NCBI GenBank assembly: GCA_964234715.1
Contig: OZ174290.1
Reading direction: 5' to 3' (one strand)
Source: Podarcis melisellensis
Lineage: Eukaryota
DNA length: 64,000 nt
In this document: piece by piece, positions 23,066 to 36,107 of the stretch
Layout of the letters: each line of letters starts with the position of its first letter
Numbering within the stretch: the stretch's first letter is position 1
The notes under the pieces: generated by a model
What the model saw: only the letters and a program-made list of their open reading frames with translations
Databases searched by the model: none
Told to the model about the DNA's origin: nothing
Program-made: the position numbers and the translations under genes

Positions 23066-26000
23066 GGTGGGAAAACCCTTTTCAGCCCAGGGGCTGGATA
23101 AAGAACTGGCTCGCCCTCCGAAAGCTATTTTTGACTGGGTTCAGGCTTGAGTATTCATTGATTGCCAAAATGCAGACCTTGCAGGCATCCGCTAACTCTC
23201 TAGTTTAACTTCCCCCCTCCTGGTGCCCATCAGCCCCAGCGAACACAGCCGTGTTGGCACAGGCTCATGGGATTTGTAGTCCAAAACATCTGGAGTACAC
23301 CTAGTCGTGCTTTAGAGACACCATGATCCAATGAGGAGGATTTCATTTGTTTATTTACATTTCTGTACCACTCCATAGTGAAGCTCTTCCAGCAGCATGT
23401 TTGTAGTCAAACCTAAGAAAATCAGATTTTGAATTGTAGCTCAACTATGAATTCTCTGGAGAGTTTTGATCAAATTCATGCCTTCCTAACCTTTGTTTCC
23501 CTTCTGTACCGTGTGAACAGCTACCTATCTCTGTAGATGATAGCTGGGGTGGAAGAGGCAAGGGTTCTGTGTGTTAAAGCATAGCCACAGTCCTTGTGTT
23601 ACATGGGTAACTTCTGTGGGGAGTGCATGCATCACACGCCATAGTTATTAGTTATAACTCTTGCAGTGGCAGTTTTAATATTACATCCGCAAAAATTTAC
23701 AGCTCTTCTGGAGCTGTGTGGATTACTGATCTGGGGGAGAAAGAAACCAGCAGTGGTATTTCATGTTCACCCAAGGATTGTAAATCAATATACAAGTTTT
23801 TAAAGTAAATTGCTCATAATAATATTACACCCCAGACATTTCCTGCTTTTGCCTTTTCCAAACGTAGCCTCAGCCTGGCCCAGTTAAAGGAATCATGAAA
23901 GAGAGTCTCTATTTACAGGAACAGCTGGGAGCCTCTTAACTCTTTTTCCAGGCTGATCAAAGGGATTGGAAACTATGTTGGGGGGGGGGGGGAAGGTTAT
24001 CAAAATTTCCTTTTGCTTTATTTCTCTCTGTTCAACCTGAAGACAGTTGTTGAATTCTTGGCTTTACAATATTTTGAGCTAGGTATTGTACGAACCTAAC
24101 CACAGACTTGTATTTTGAAGACTACATATTCTGCAAAGGGAGGGGAAGTGCTTTTTAAAAGGATAAAATCAATGATACTGTTGGTGCTTTCCTCATCCTT
24201 GTGCATCTTCCTTTAGATGAACTTTGAGAACACTTTCCTGAGCATTGTCTCTTCTGGTTTCTTTTCATGTGGCACCTATGAAAGGCCTTAGGCTGTGAAT
24301 TCAGTACATCACATTCCACTTTGCTTAATTCCCTTCAAGCCTATTGGTCACTAAAGGGCAATCCGAACTAAGCCACAGACTTGGCACTTAAATTGGGCAC
24401 GCGTAAAAATGATTTGCTCTTTCCATTTTTCCTCCTGAAGCCCAAGCCTGTCTGAATGAAACCTTTGTCATCACATTTAATCCCTGTTTGAGAACATAAT
24501 GGCAAGGTAAGTTTTAATGCCATACAGGTGTTTTGCCTTTTTAGAGCCAGCAATCTAGTGCTTTTGTTCAGTCCCCTGTTTGTTGGGCTTTTAAAAGAAT
24601 GGAATTATTAAATTACCACTCCCTCAAACAAGCTGATAAAAAAGTGACCTCATAACACACCTAAAGGGGTGATGGGCTTTCCTTCACTGGAGGTTTCCTA
24701 GAGGAGAGCTGTAGCTCTTGACCATCTTCCTCCAGCAGCAGATCAGATTCGATGACCTGTAAGAACCCCTTCAGCTCAAGAAACACCAGAAACCACCCAG
24801 CCAAAGTTCAGCACAGTCAGTCTCAGTGGTTTCAATGACATACTTGAGCATTTGTTTAAATCAGGGAGTCAATTAATAATGTTTATTAAACAGTCCAAAA
24901 GAAGATATTTTTTACAGTTTTTCTTGAAAAGCAACAGCATACCACCAGTCAAGCATTGCGCTGTCCCAAGTTCTTTTACACCTGTCAAATTAAATGTGAG
25001 GTCAGAAGTGAATTAATAATGTTAATAATAATAATCTGTCTGAAGGTCTGCCTGCCTTCCCCTCATGATGTTGTTTGTGCTGTGGAGAAAGCACTTGCTT
25101 GAACAGAGCCTCTCACCAAATTGGGGCCTAAGGGCTTCTTCGTCAAAACCAGATGTGTCCTTCTCCTCAACATGGCTGTTCAAGTAGTTAGGGAACCTAT
25201 TGATGCAGGAAGCATGGGAGGGGGGTAGAATATTATCTGTGAAAAATTGAACTCTAAATGCCGGCTTTAGCTCTCGCTGACAAATAAAGGCAGCATGAAA
25301 TTGATCGGAATCCTGGGGGCTTTCTTGGGCAGCGCTGGAGCCCATTCAAAACATTAATTGTAAAATATCCGCTAATTGGAATGCCTAAATCCACTTTAGT
25401 GCTTTTGAATGGCTCTGGCGTCTTGTTTTTCTCCAGGCAATTAGAAGTGCAACACAGACAAAGGAGCTTGAGAGATCTGTTCAGCAGGGACAGGAGTGTC
25501 TGGGCACTAGGTTGCAATGCAGTCTCAGGTGTCCTCCTTCAAACTTTAATAAGCTGGCACAGCACAGGATCTGTAGGAGGGAAGTTCTTGATCAGTACTG
25601 GCTCTGCTTCCCATCCTTTGAGGGCCAGCCTGGAAGTTACAGAGGCAACATTTACACATGTCGTATCTGGGCAGAGGTATATTTTCCCAGAAACAAGATG
25701 CTGTTTTTTGAGTGCTTGGAAATTGTGTCCTCCCAAAAAAACCTTCTTATGTCCAATAGAGTGTAAAATCTGGTTGTGCCATGCTATGCGTTAGTATTTG
25801 GGTGGGAAACCCATAGCATACAGATGTTGTTGATGTGGGATAGTGGCTTTCGAGTTTGTGGCAAATTTTTTACACAATTGTCCGAAAGACATATTGAAAA
25901 ATAAAGTAGCAACTGAGTTTTTGAGTGCAGCATTTGAATTGATTTGAGAAGAACATCATGCTTCATAAAAGGGATGCACTCAAGATGAGGTATGGCTGTA

Positions 26001-28582
26001 GGGCAGGGCATTTTGGGGATAAAACTTAATTTTTGCAAATTTCTTCAGAGGCGTCTTTAAAATATGTTCTTGGGTGTGAGGAATTAAATCTGTTACTGTT
26101 TTTGTGATTGGGTAACATTTAGCTTGGTAGGTCTACATTTGTCAAAGAAGCACATAATCTGCTTTCAATAATAATAATAATATCTAACTGCAAGTACTTT
26201 GCAATCATTTTTAATGATTTCTATACAATTTTACACACATTTTACTTACCAAGTGGAATTTGAAAGTTGAAAAATTCAACACGCCCTAGTAGAGCAGCCT
26301 GTGCCCCTGGATCCATTGGGCTAGGGAAGGGAATGTAGCTCAAACCAAATTGTGTCCTTTCTTGCTGTAGGCCCCAGCCTTTCCTGATGACTCCAGTCAT
26401 AACATTCTTATTTTTATTGAAAGGAACACCTGAAATCACGCTGAGGGTGGCCTACAGGGTTTCTTTCCTCCCCCAAGTAAAGGCAAGAAGCCAGACTTGG
26501 GAAAACATTAGACTACCACCCTCAAGCCTGATCTCCGAACTATATCTCTGATTTATATTCTTCCAGCCTGTGCTGCAAGAGGAGCAACATGGTGCTATAA
26601 CTCCCATCAACCCTACCCAGCATGGCCCAATGGCCAGGGTTCTATTTATGGTTTCAAATTTATAGCCCTTCCTTCCTTCACAAGATGAACCCTTACCATT
26701 TGAAAGATAACTTTAATGAATTGCAAACTGTGGTATAAAAACTCCATAAAGCTATTAGCCAAAAACCTGGATTAACATTGACAATTATAATGAAAATCTT
26801 CTATGTGTTTCTGAATGCAGAAAACTCCTTAGGGTGATCCACAGCCGGGGTGCCTCCGCTAAGAGTGCCTTATCTTGTGTCCCTGTCCCTCATGCTATTC
26901 CTATTGATGATACCACAAGCACGACCCCCCCCATTGAAAATTTTGAAATGGATGGTACTTTGGTCCCAGGTCATTTAAAGCTTTGTACCCTAGTACACCT
27001 TGAATGGAGCCGGGCAGCTCATAGGATGAGAGGAGTTGTTGTCTGAAACATCTGGAGGAACCTTCATATTACATATTATGTGCCAAATTATGCCCTGCCA
27101 TTCTGTTAAAAGCACGATACTTTCCTGGGTCTTAGGCAGCATTTAATAAATGTGCTATCCAGCCAAGCACTCCATGATTTTGGAAGGCTAGCACCATATT
27201 TCATATTAAGCTTTGATGATGGTTTCAGAGTGCCACAAATACCAACAGCTACACTGCTTATTTGGAGAGCATCTAAAGCTTAATTATTTGGTGGGAGTGC
27301 AGATACAGCTGTTATGGGCAGTACCCATTCACTACACCTCAAGATTTTAGCTCCTTGGAGTTGCAAGTTGCAGGTGATGGTATCACACTAGGAAATAATA
27401 ATGGAAAGAAGCGTTCTGTAGTGAAGTTGGTGCTATCCGCTTTCATAAAAACAGTTTGCCTCGTAGTAAGAACTGCACAAGGAAGTGTGCAACACATTTG
27501 GAGCAGCTGTATTCTTAGGTGTGCAAGGGTGTACAAAGCAGTGTGTAAAGGCAGGGATAGGGCAATAAATAGACAAGTGAGGCCTGGGTTCAAACCACCA
27601 TGAACTTTACTAAGTGATCTCAGGCACAGTTTCCATATCTTAGACTAACCTACTCACAGGGTATAAATGAAAGGTGTATGTGGACCAGAGGAAGACCCGT
27701 GTCTGCTGCTCTCAGATCCTCAGAGGAAAACATTCAAAAAAAGTAAGAAGTCTATAAATGCAATCTGAAAGGTGTACTCCGAGGCTGGTATCGCAGAGGA
27801 GTCTTGGGATGTGTTGTGCCTCCTCTTGAGTGATGAAATGTCTCAGGCAGAGGTCTATGAAGAGCAGAGAATCTGAGTCACTGTTAAAAATAATCAAGGC
27901 TCCCACCCCTGACCCCCGACCCAATCTACCTTTGGCTACACTACATGACCCCAAATGGCATCATGGCAACCAGGAAGCAGAGCTGTTGTATAGGCAAGCT
28001 GAGGGGCTGGTGCTATGACTGGCCAAGGATTTGTTGGAAGGGACATGGGAAAACTTCCTTTAGCTTCCAGTTGTTCGGTCCAGAAAGTAATCTGTTAAAT
28101 TGTTACACATCTTTGCCTTTCAGTAGCAAACATCCAGACAAACTTCCTTCCTCTTCCATTCCTGCTGTTGCTGACACCCATCCTATCCCTCTATTGTTCA
28201 CCCTGATGTTGTACGCAAGTGTCATAAGAAAACATGATAGCTAGATCTGGGGTGTGGCAGCTTCTGGAAGCAGGTATACTTGATAGGTGACCCACATGCC
28301 CATCCCAGCTGACATGGCATCCAGGTGTGGACATACTGAAAATGATATAGTTTCTGCACTTGCTTGGGTCTAGTCTCTGCAAGCAGTTTCTCTTTTCTTT
28401 CCTACCCAGCCACTGCAACCTTGATAACCACTTCAGCACCACAACTGAAGAGCATGCCAATTAACCTCTACATTTAATGAGAATGGGACCTAGCTTTTCT
28501 TTAAGCAAATGTTTTGTGTATGGGGGACGGGCTCCGAGGACAGCTGCATTTATTTACCTGGAATGTTTTTTTCCTCCAACAG

Positions 28583-28606
28583 CCCTATTACCATATTTAA
28601 ATGCAA
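28583..28606 (+). CDS. MSI2: MSI2 24-nt in-frame microexon: YQFP-ALLPYLNA-SFPAAAY
   Basis: ttttttcctccaacAG acceptor (28581-28582), donor CAA|GTATGT at 28607; phase 1-1, no stop; peptide recalled from predicted vertebrate MSI2 isoforms. Confidence 0.8.
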
Positions 28607-29402
28607 GTATGTCTCTCTTAATTCATATTTTGCAGTAGTTTAGAGACACTTTAGCCTCTCACTTCTGTTCAGCTTTTCCCTGTTAGCAATACATGTAGCT
28701 ACGGTGATAGAACTAGAGCTAGCAGGCTTGTAGTTGGCTGAGTTCTTTGGATCTCTTTTTCTCTCTCTTATCTTTTCCTCTGCTTTCCGAATCCTCTTTT
28801 TATTTTCTTTGCCTCTGGCCTCCATATGATTGTCTTCATAATGAGGAACTATGAGCAGTGTAATCACTGGCCAAGAGTGCCTCCTGTCTTTTGTCATCAC
28901 AACCAAAATTGGCAATACAAATTAGAGTTCTCCAAAGCTCACCTCAAATTAACTCTGAAATTACTTGAGTTCTTTGGGAAAAAATGGAAGGAACTTGGGT
29001 GATTTTTCTGAGCCACTCCGAGGGCTCAGAGAAATTATTGGCCTTTCTGCCTTCTCCTTCCTTTTAAGGTCTCCCCACACGATCCCAGTTTCATGTTCTT
29101 AATTTTGAAGTAATGGTAGCGGCAGTGAAAGCAGACCAACATGTTAGCTAACAACCTACCAGCCCATGGGGAACTGTGACAGATGTAGTTCTCTGAAGAG
29201 CCACTGCCCCCATTTAAGATCAAATATGGGTGGGTATATGGATTCTGTAGGGGCAAGGCAACTACATCTCCTATGCTGTCTTCTTCCCCAGAAGGCTGCT
29301 CCGACTGGATGACAGAAGTAATGAGAGAGGGTGAAAACCCTCTCCTCTCTTCACTCCATGTACTTGCAACTTTTGCTGCTGCTGCTGCCGCTGCTACAAC
29401 TT

Positions 29403-29672
29403 CAGTGGCCGAACTGGATTGAGGGCAGCATGACCAGTTCACCCACACAGGGCGCCAAGCTGAGGGGGTGCCTTCCAGCCTCCTTTCCAAAGCCTAGTAA
29501 GTGCTTGCCCAGCTTTGGGAAGGAGACAGGACGTCTCTGGGACCCTGCCAAAATCCTCGTGCCTCCTTCCCAAAGCCCGGCACCTCACCTACCAGATTTT
29601 GGGAAGGCGGCACGAGGGCAGTGTCAAATCTTGCCCTTGCCCAAGGCATTGTATTACCAAGATACACCCCTG
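29403..29672. mobile_element. Non-autonomous DNA transposon (hAT-like) with internal palindromic units; related to 61769-62083
   Basis: cagtggc... / ...acccctg ends; internal ccaaagcc..taagtgcttg..gctttgggaagg hairpin shared with the copy at 61.9 kb. Confidence 0.6.
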
Positions 29673-30987
29673 TCAGTGGAAGGGAGGAGAGTGTGTTCCG
29701 AGATGGCTGGCAGGAATAGGCAGGAGATACGCAAGCTCACATTCTGATTAAAGCCAGGGGGGAAATTGAGGGCTTTTAAAAGCTCGCCCCTCATTTGAGT
29801 TTGTTTCTGAACCCAAGCTCAGAGGACTGCACCAGCATCCCTGGACAAAATTTGACAAAGGACAGAAAACCCTCCCAGCATCTCCTCGTCCCTGCAGCCC
29901 GGGGCACCTTTGATTACCAGCTCCTTATTGCTTTTGAGAAGCTCCTCCTCCTCAATGGTGGCTGGTCCCTATCATGCAGCCCCAACTGCTGTTCTACAGA
30001 TCCTTGACTTGACTGTCAGCACTTACAGACTCTTGGCCTGTAGAATTGCCTTCCGCACAACCTTCTGCCCTGCCCTGTCTCAGCGGGCCTATCTCAGGGT
30101 AGCCATATTCAAGAGTCTTCCTCATTCACATCTAAGCAGGGCACTGGACCAGCTCTAGGTATGAGAGGAACCCTCAACAATGATGGGCCTTTTGGGCTCC
30201 CTCCCACATCAGTGACCTCCCTGTAGCCTTACCTGGTGGCAGCGACACACAGCAGCACTCTGATGAGTACCAGGCAGTTGTGTCTGAGGGAGCTTCCATT
30301 TTTGTTTCCCACAGTGCCGCTTCCATAGCCTCCATTCAGAGCATTGTGGAGGATTAAAAGGGTGTCCCTCACTCAGCAGGGTTCCAGAAATACTTTTTGA
30401 AAAGTGTGTGTGCTGTGTATTGATGCTGGACCTGGTGGGGGCTTTGATGTTCACTGCAAAAGAGTGCAGGGCTTGGCAGGAGTTGAAGCTTGCTTCCTCC
30501 CCCGGCCACACTCATCCCTTCAAGCACTTTTCTCCTGCAGCCCAAACCACTGGACCTAAGGCTCACCGCCTGCCTTCTGCTTTGACCCGGGAGTTTCATT
30601 TTGTGCTGCTTCAATGGAAGATCCACTCACATGTTGATTTTGAATTTTTGCACAAAATAAGAAGGAATATAGGCTCCCGTCTCTGCTTTGGCAGGACCAC
30701 TGGCTGCCCATTCACAACTGTGCTGATTGCTCTGAATTTCTCCGTTATTATGTCCCATGGGCAGCTGCCACTTTTACCTTGCAGGAGAAAGGGAATGGCA
30801 TCAAAGCGCTTCCACTCTTAAGACCCACCCAAACTCCTCTGCAGTCAATGCTCTCTCATACATACACACACACAGTTGTTCCCGCTCATACTCGCCCTTA
30901 ACCTGCCTCTTTTGTTGTGGCCGTTGTAAACACTGGCTGTCCGTTGCACCTTTCCTCTTACCCCTTCTTGTTTTTCCCCACGGCCAG

Positions 30988-31047
30988 GTTTTCCGGCAGC
31001 AGCCTACGGACCAGTAGCAGCGGCAGTGGCAGCAGCAAGAGGATCAG
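30988..31047 (+). CDS. MSI2: MSI2 constitutive exon (human exon 11 equivalent), 60 nt: (G)[19 protein letters not shown](G)
   Basis: Pyrimidine tract 30950-30980, ggccAG acceptor 30986-30987, donor CAG|GTAGGG at 31048; matches human [22 protein letters not shown] minus one Ala. Confidence 0.96.
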
Positions 31048-31104
31048 GTAGGGGGGGCCGTGGAAGAGGCGGCTACATGGCATACCTTCAGAATGCAGGG
31101 CCAG
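31048..31104 (+). CDS. MSI2: Alternative 5' splice-site extension of exon 11, 57 nt: GRGGRGRGGYMAYLQNAGP
   Basis: Open frame continues to a second donor CAG|GTAAAA at 31105, preserving phase 1; resembles a segment recalled from teleost msi2 isoforms. Confidence 0.75.
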
Positions 31105-31766
31105 GTAAAAGCTCTGTCGGTATTCTATGTGGCTGCAGCTGTCCATCCCTTTCTCTGACTTTTCTCACAGTGATCTGGGGGTGCGGGGAAACCCACCAAA
31201 CAAAACCAAATACTACAAGCAGAGCCCATAAGACTCAGAGCAGAGCATAGGCTGTAAGACCAGATGGTCTTTGCGGATCCACCCAGTACAAAGTACACCC
31301 TCCTGGGAGCTGTCAACTGGACCTTTTATGAAAATGTCAAGGACAACAAAAGTTTTCATTTCTCCACAGTTTGCACTGGGCTAACAACGCAATCACACTC
31401 ACACCCACATATACACACACCTGTTAATTCCTCAACTTGTTAGGGCAGCAACCTGCATCTCCAACTTTAATGTTTGGGACGAATGCAGTGAGTAAGTTAC
31501 TCTCAGTGGTGGCCCAATCCAAAGCAAGAAACCACATATCCATTAATATCAACAAGGATTCCAAATTAGGGTGTTTAGGAATGCTCTATCAAACTTTGAT
31601 CTATGGAGGGTACCATGATCAACCTCCTACAAATCAGCTTAGCTATTTAGTAAGTTCCGTTTATTCATCTGTCTCGTGAGAAAAGGGAACCATAGTGTGT
31701 GTCCCTGCCCTTTGAAATGGTGGCACTCCAGATCTGGCCAATGCGAACAGGTCTAGTATTATACAG

Positions 31767-31902
31767 CAGTGTTTCTCAACCTTGGGTCCCCAGATGTTGT
31801 TGGACTACAACTCCCATCATCCCTGAGCTCTGGCCTTGCTAGCTAGGGATGATGGGAGTTGTAGGCCAAAAACATCTGGGGACCCAAGGTTGAGAAAGGC
31901 TG
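31767..31902. mobile_element. 136-bp palindromic hAT-Charlie-type MITE
   Basis: Arms tttctcaaccttgggtccccagatgtt / aacatctggggacccaaggttgagaaa; TSD ttatacag (31759-31766) / ttatccag (31903-31910). Confidence 0.92.
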
Positions 31903-34900
31903 TTATCCAGAACAGGGTGAGCAGTGCAGCTTGCCTTCTCTCATGCCATTTTTAGGTGGCAAGTCTGGTCAGCTGGACCTGGATGCTAGAAAAATAGTTC
32001 TCCCCAGTTACTTCGTAGGTCAGACATCTCACTAAAATATGGTTGGGGTGCTTAAGCATAGTTCTGGTGTGGTGTTTGAATTGACAAAACCATAGTTTGC
32101 AATTGGCCAACAAACCAGAATCTGATACAGTGACGGAAGTTGATTTACAAACTGGATTTTGTGCTAACTCTGGTTTGGTGTGATATTGATAGCCATTGTT
32201 TGACCTCCAGAAGCTGAACCAAAAGGGAGATGAGAGTGATTTGATGGACTTAGGAAGCTGAGTGGCAGAATACAACAGCAGACAAGCTGTTCTAAACTGT
32301 GGTCTGCTAGTATATTTGGAAGCTCATACCAAGGTTTTGGTTCTAAACTAGGGTTAGCACAAACAGCGACATGGCATGATGTCTAAATTGCACCATAGTT
32401 TGAAGTCAGTTGCAGTTTTAGGAGTGCAACCTAAATCAGGGGTGTTCCACCTTGGCATAAATTGGAATGGCTCTCTGAAGAGTATAACCTTTTGCAGACA
32501 TCTTTAAAAATACTTTTTACTCTTTGAGCTTGGATATTGTTCCATCTTTTGTTACCTGCTGCAAACTCTGGCTCCAGTTTCATGAGAAATGTGTGCCCAC
32601 CTATAAAAAGCTCCACTTCCTTCCACTCTGTTCTCCAGTGCCCCTCCTGCTAGGGGAAGTAGTTAAGCCGCTATTATATCCTAGCATTCCAGTTTAGGGG
32701 AAAGTGAATTATCCCTTTGGCATAATTGAGTGAAATCATGAGTGGGCTGCTAAGACTTACCAGTGCCTCTCTTTTGCTGTATTTGCTTGTTGGCTGAGAC
32801 CTTGGTTGTGCCTGAAGCCATTCTGAACCCTAAATACAAAGCAAGGACAAAGGGTAGATTGCTGCTTTCAGTGGGTTTTATTGCTCCCCAATCTATCTTG
32901 CTTGCTCATCTCTGTGTACTGTCTTGTGCGTTTATCCGGCCGTTTGTTCTTGCTAATATTAACTGGGTTATTGCACCGGGGGTGGCGGTGGGGGCAATTG
33001 GAGACAACATGATTGGGCCCAAATTCCCCAGCCAGATTGTACACGTTGAGACATGTAGCAAACAATTTGGAGGTAACTGTTTTATTCAGCTCTCTCATGA
33101 TGAAGCTTGTTCTTTGACATGAAAATTTCTACACTCATTAGCTATAGGCCTCTTCAAACCGACACAAAACAAAAGGTCCCAGACGTGGGGGAAGTGCTGT
33201 CAAGCAGCAACACACACACCGCAATAGACTTTGGCGGGGGTGGGGGGGAGACTGAATTATTTAGGCTCCAAAGTGGGATGTTTGGAGAACTCCGTTCCAT
33301 GCAAACTGGCACTGCTTGCGGGGCTACAAAGGATTCATCCGTAGCAGTTTATCGTTGTATGTAGGGAAAGTCCAAGGGTTGGTTTGCTCAAAGATAGCAA
33401 AGGGATTTTTTTTTCCTTTCCTTTTTAAAATCCTTTTCTGAAAAGGATTCCATTTATTATTTGAGGAAGAATGGACAGATTCCCTCGTCCCTTACCTGCA
33501 CTTTGGGGCCATTTGGTTCCAGTTTAATTTTAAATAGAGATGATCATTTTTTCCCACAGAAAGGACAAGGGTTCTGCCAGATTAAGTCTGATCTTCACTG
33601 TTGTCCTGTTTTAATCAGAGTGTCCCATCACAGCTGAACCTGAGTGTCAGCCAATTTCTCTGCTTGATATCATTTGGTTGGTTTTTTTGTTTTTGTTTTT
33701 TGTTTTAATTATTGTTTTGGATTTTTTTTTCTTTTTTAAAGAACAGATTAACTTTGTGATACCAAAAAAAGAAAAAAGAAAAGAAAATTCTAACCCTGAA
33801 ATTAACACCAACATATATGGCAAGTTTAAAGAGCAGTATGGTGCCCTGTATATATTTCTTGTGTGTTTTTGAAAAAAATCTCTGCACTTGCAGATCTACC
33901 CTAGTGCTCCCTCAAGGAAACTGTCTGCTGATGTGCAGAAGTGGTTTCCATTGACAAAGAAGCCCCTTCGGCTCAGGGACAGCATTCCATTTGCAGCCAT
34001 TACCATCAAAGGGAATAGCATTGATAGTGAAGTGTATTTAAGAGCAATGGAGTCAGCTTCATGTTAATGGCACTCAGGCCTGATTCATTACAGAGGGGGA
34101 ATGACAAATGGAAATAATTGGCTTCAATATTTTGATGATTAGAGCGATATCACTTGGGGCACACTTGCAAGATGACTTAAGTGACTACTAAAGCGAAGAC
34201 ACACCTGTGTCTTAAGATGTACGAATGTTAAATGTCTAAACCACAAGACATCAGTTCAGTGTATATTTATTGATCTCTCACTGCTGAACAGATTTGGGGG
34301 GGGGGGAGGTCTGCACCCCTGCGGAAGTTGGTAGTTGGGCCCTGTGATTGCAGCACTGCCGTACACACAATTATTATTATTTATTAAAATAGTATACTAC
34401 CCTAGACTCTTAGGTCTCAGGGTGGTTCATAACATACGAATTTGTGTGTTCATGGATCTTTAAACCACACTTCATAAGGCTGGCTGTTGGATGTAGAGAA
34501 TTCTGTCCTTACTCCCCACTCTGGCCTCTTGTGCATCCCGTAAGGGTACTCTACTAATTACAATCCACAGGCAGATGACCCCTCCCTGGAGCAAGGGCCT
34601 ATGCTTTTAATTTTGGTGGGAAAACATTTATTTTATTTTTATTTTTTCTTTACTAAATTGCTATACTACCTTTCATCCGAGGATCACAGGGTGATATTAG
34701 CCTGGGAGTTGGGGCTGTATGTTTCTTCGTTCATATTTATAGAAACATTTATGTACCTCCTTTCAGCCCTGAAAGGTCCCCCAAGGCAGGTTACAACAGT
34801 GAAAACACTGGAGTAATTACAACTGGAGAGCATTGAGAGAAGCCAAGAGAAAGCAAATGAAACCAGCCTCCCAGCAGGCCACAACACGAACTAAAACTTT

Positions 34901-36107
34901 GGCAGGAAAAAGAATGTATTGACTGCCGCCTGCCTGAATGGCATTGTAGAAGGGGCCTATCTTATCTCCTTTGGGAGGGAGTTCTGCAGCTGTGGGACTA
35001 TCACCAAAGAGGCTCTGCCTGGTAACCGTGATGGGCTGTGCCCATGTGCCAAACGTTAGCCAGACCGTTATTAAAACCACGCAATTGTTGAGGACATTGC
35101 AACCCTCCATATAAGCCAGGCCTCTACACCCACCTTGACAACATTTCACTTTCCTCTTATTATGTTATTGATGAATCAGGACCTGGGTCACATTGGCATG
35201 ACGGTCTGCATCTTGTAACAAACTCTTCCAATGCACAAGTTTCACTATCAATACCACATTTCTGTTACGATTCCAAGCATGTATGGATTTCGTGGGCAAG
35301 CTTCCCCATTCAGTTTGATGGAGGTGGCAGCTTGATGCACAAACCTCTTTGCCTGTTGGCAAAATCCACTGGTAGGGAAGGGAGCCATTGGGGCAGAGCT
35401 TACTGGAAAGATATTGATGGTTGGAGGTGATTTTTTCCTCTGGCATACTTAAAGCACCAGTATTTAGTGTGCCCCCCACCCAGTTCAGACACTCAACCAA
35501 GCATCGTCAGCAGTCCATGAAGTTGGTGGGAGCCCTTCTCCTCCCCCCTGGGGGAGCTCTGTATATCCAGTGCCCTGATTCATGCAGTTCTTCCTGCATT
35601 GGACCATCATGCATACAGGCCCCTGCATGGAGCACCCCTCACACACTTTATTTGGATAGGTGGTGGAAGACCACCATGTCCGTTCTTTTACCCCGTTAAT
35701 AGTACACTGAGCCGATTTCACCCTTTCCTGAAAATGCTGTTTGCTTCTTCGTTTCACAAAGGTGAAGTTGGGGAGTGGGGTTAATTCGGGGGTTTGCTTT
35801 GTTTTTTAAAGGAATATAAAATTTGGCAAGTAAAACACATTAGCCAGATAGTTCTGTGGCTTTAGTTTCTTCCCTCGTGGCTGGAAAATGAGATGGCCAG
35901 TGATTCTGTTGCTTGGCCGTGGGGAGGCACCAAAGTCTACTTGCTTGACCACTTGTGAGTGACTGCACTAAGAACGAAGTGGTAAAACCCCCAAACAGAA
36001 AGATCCCCCAGAGTTCCTTCTTGCTCCCCTCCACCTTGGCCAGAGTCCTGCTCCTACTTCTGAAATCCTGAGTTCACCAGTTCCTTACTGTCCTTTATAC
36101 TTGCCAG

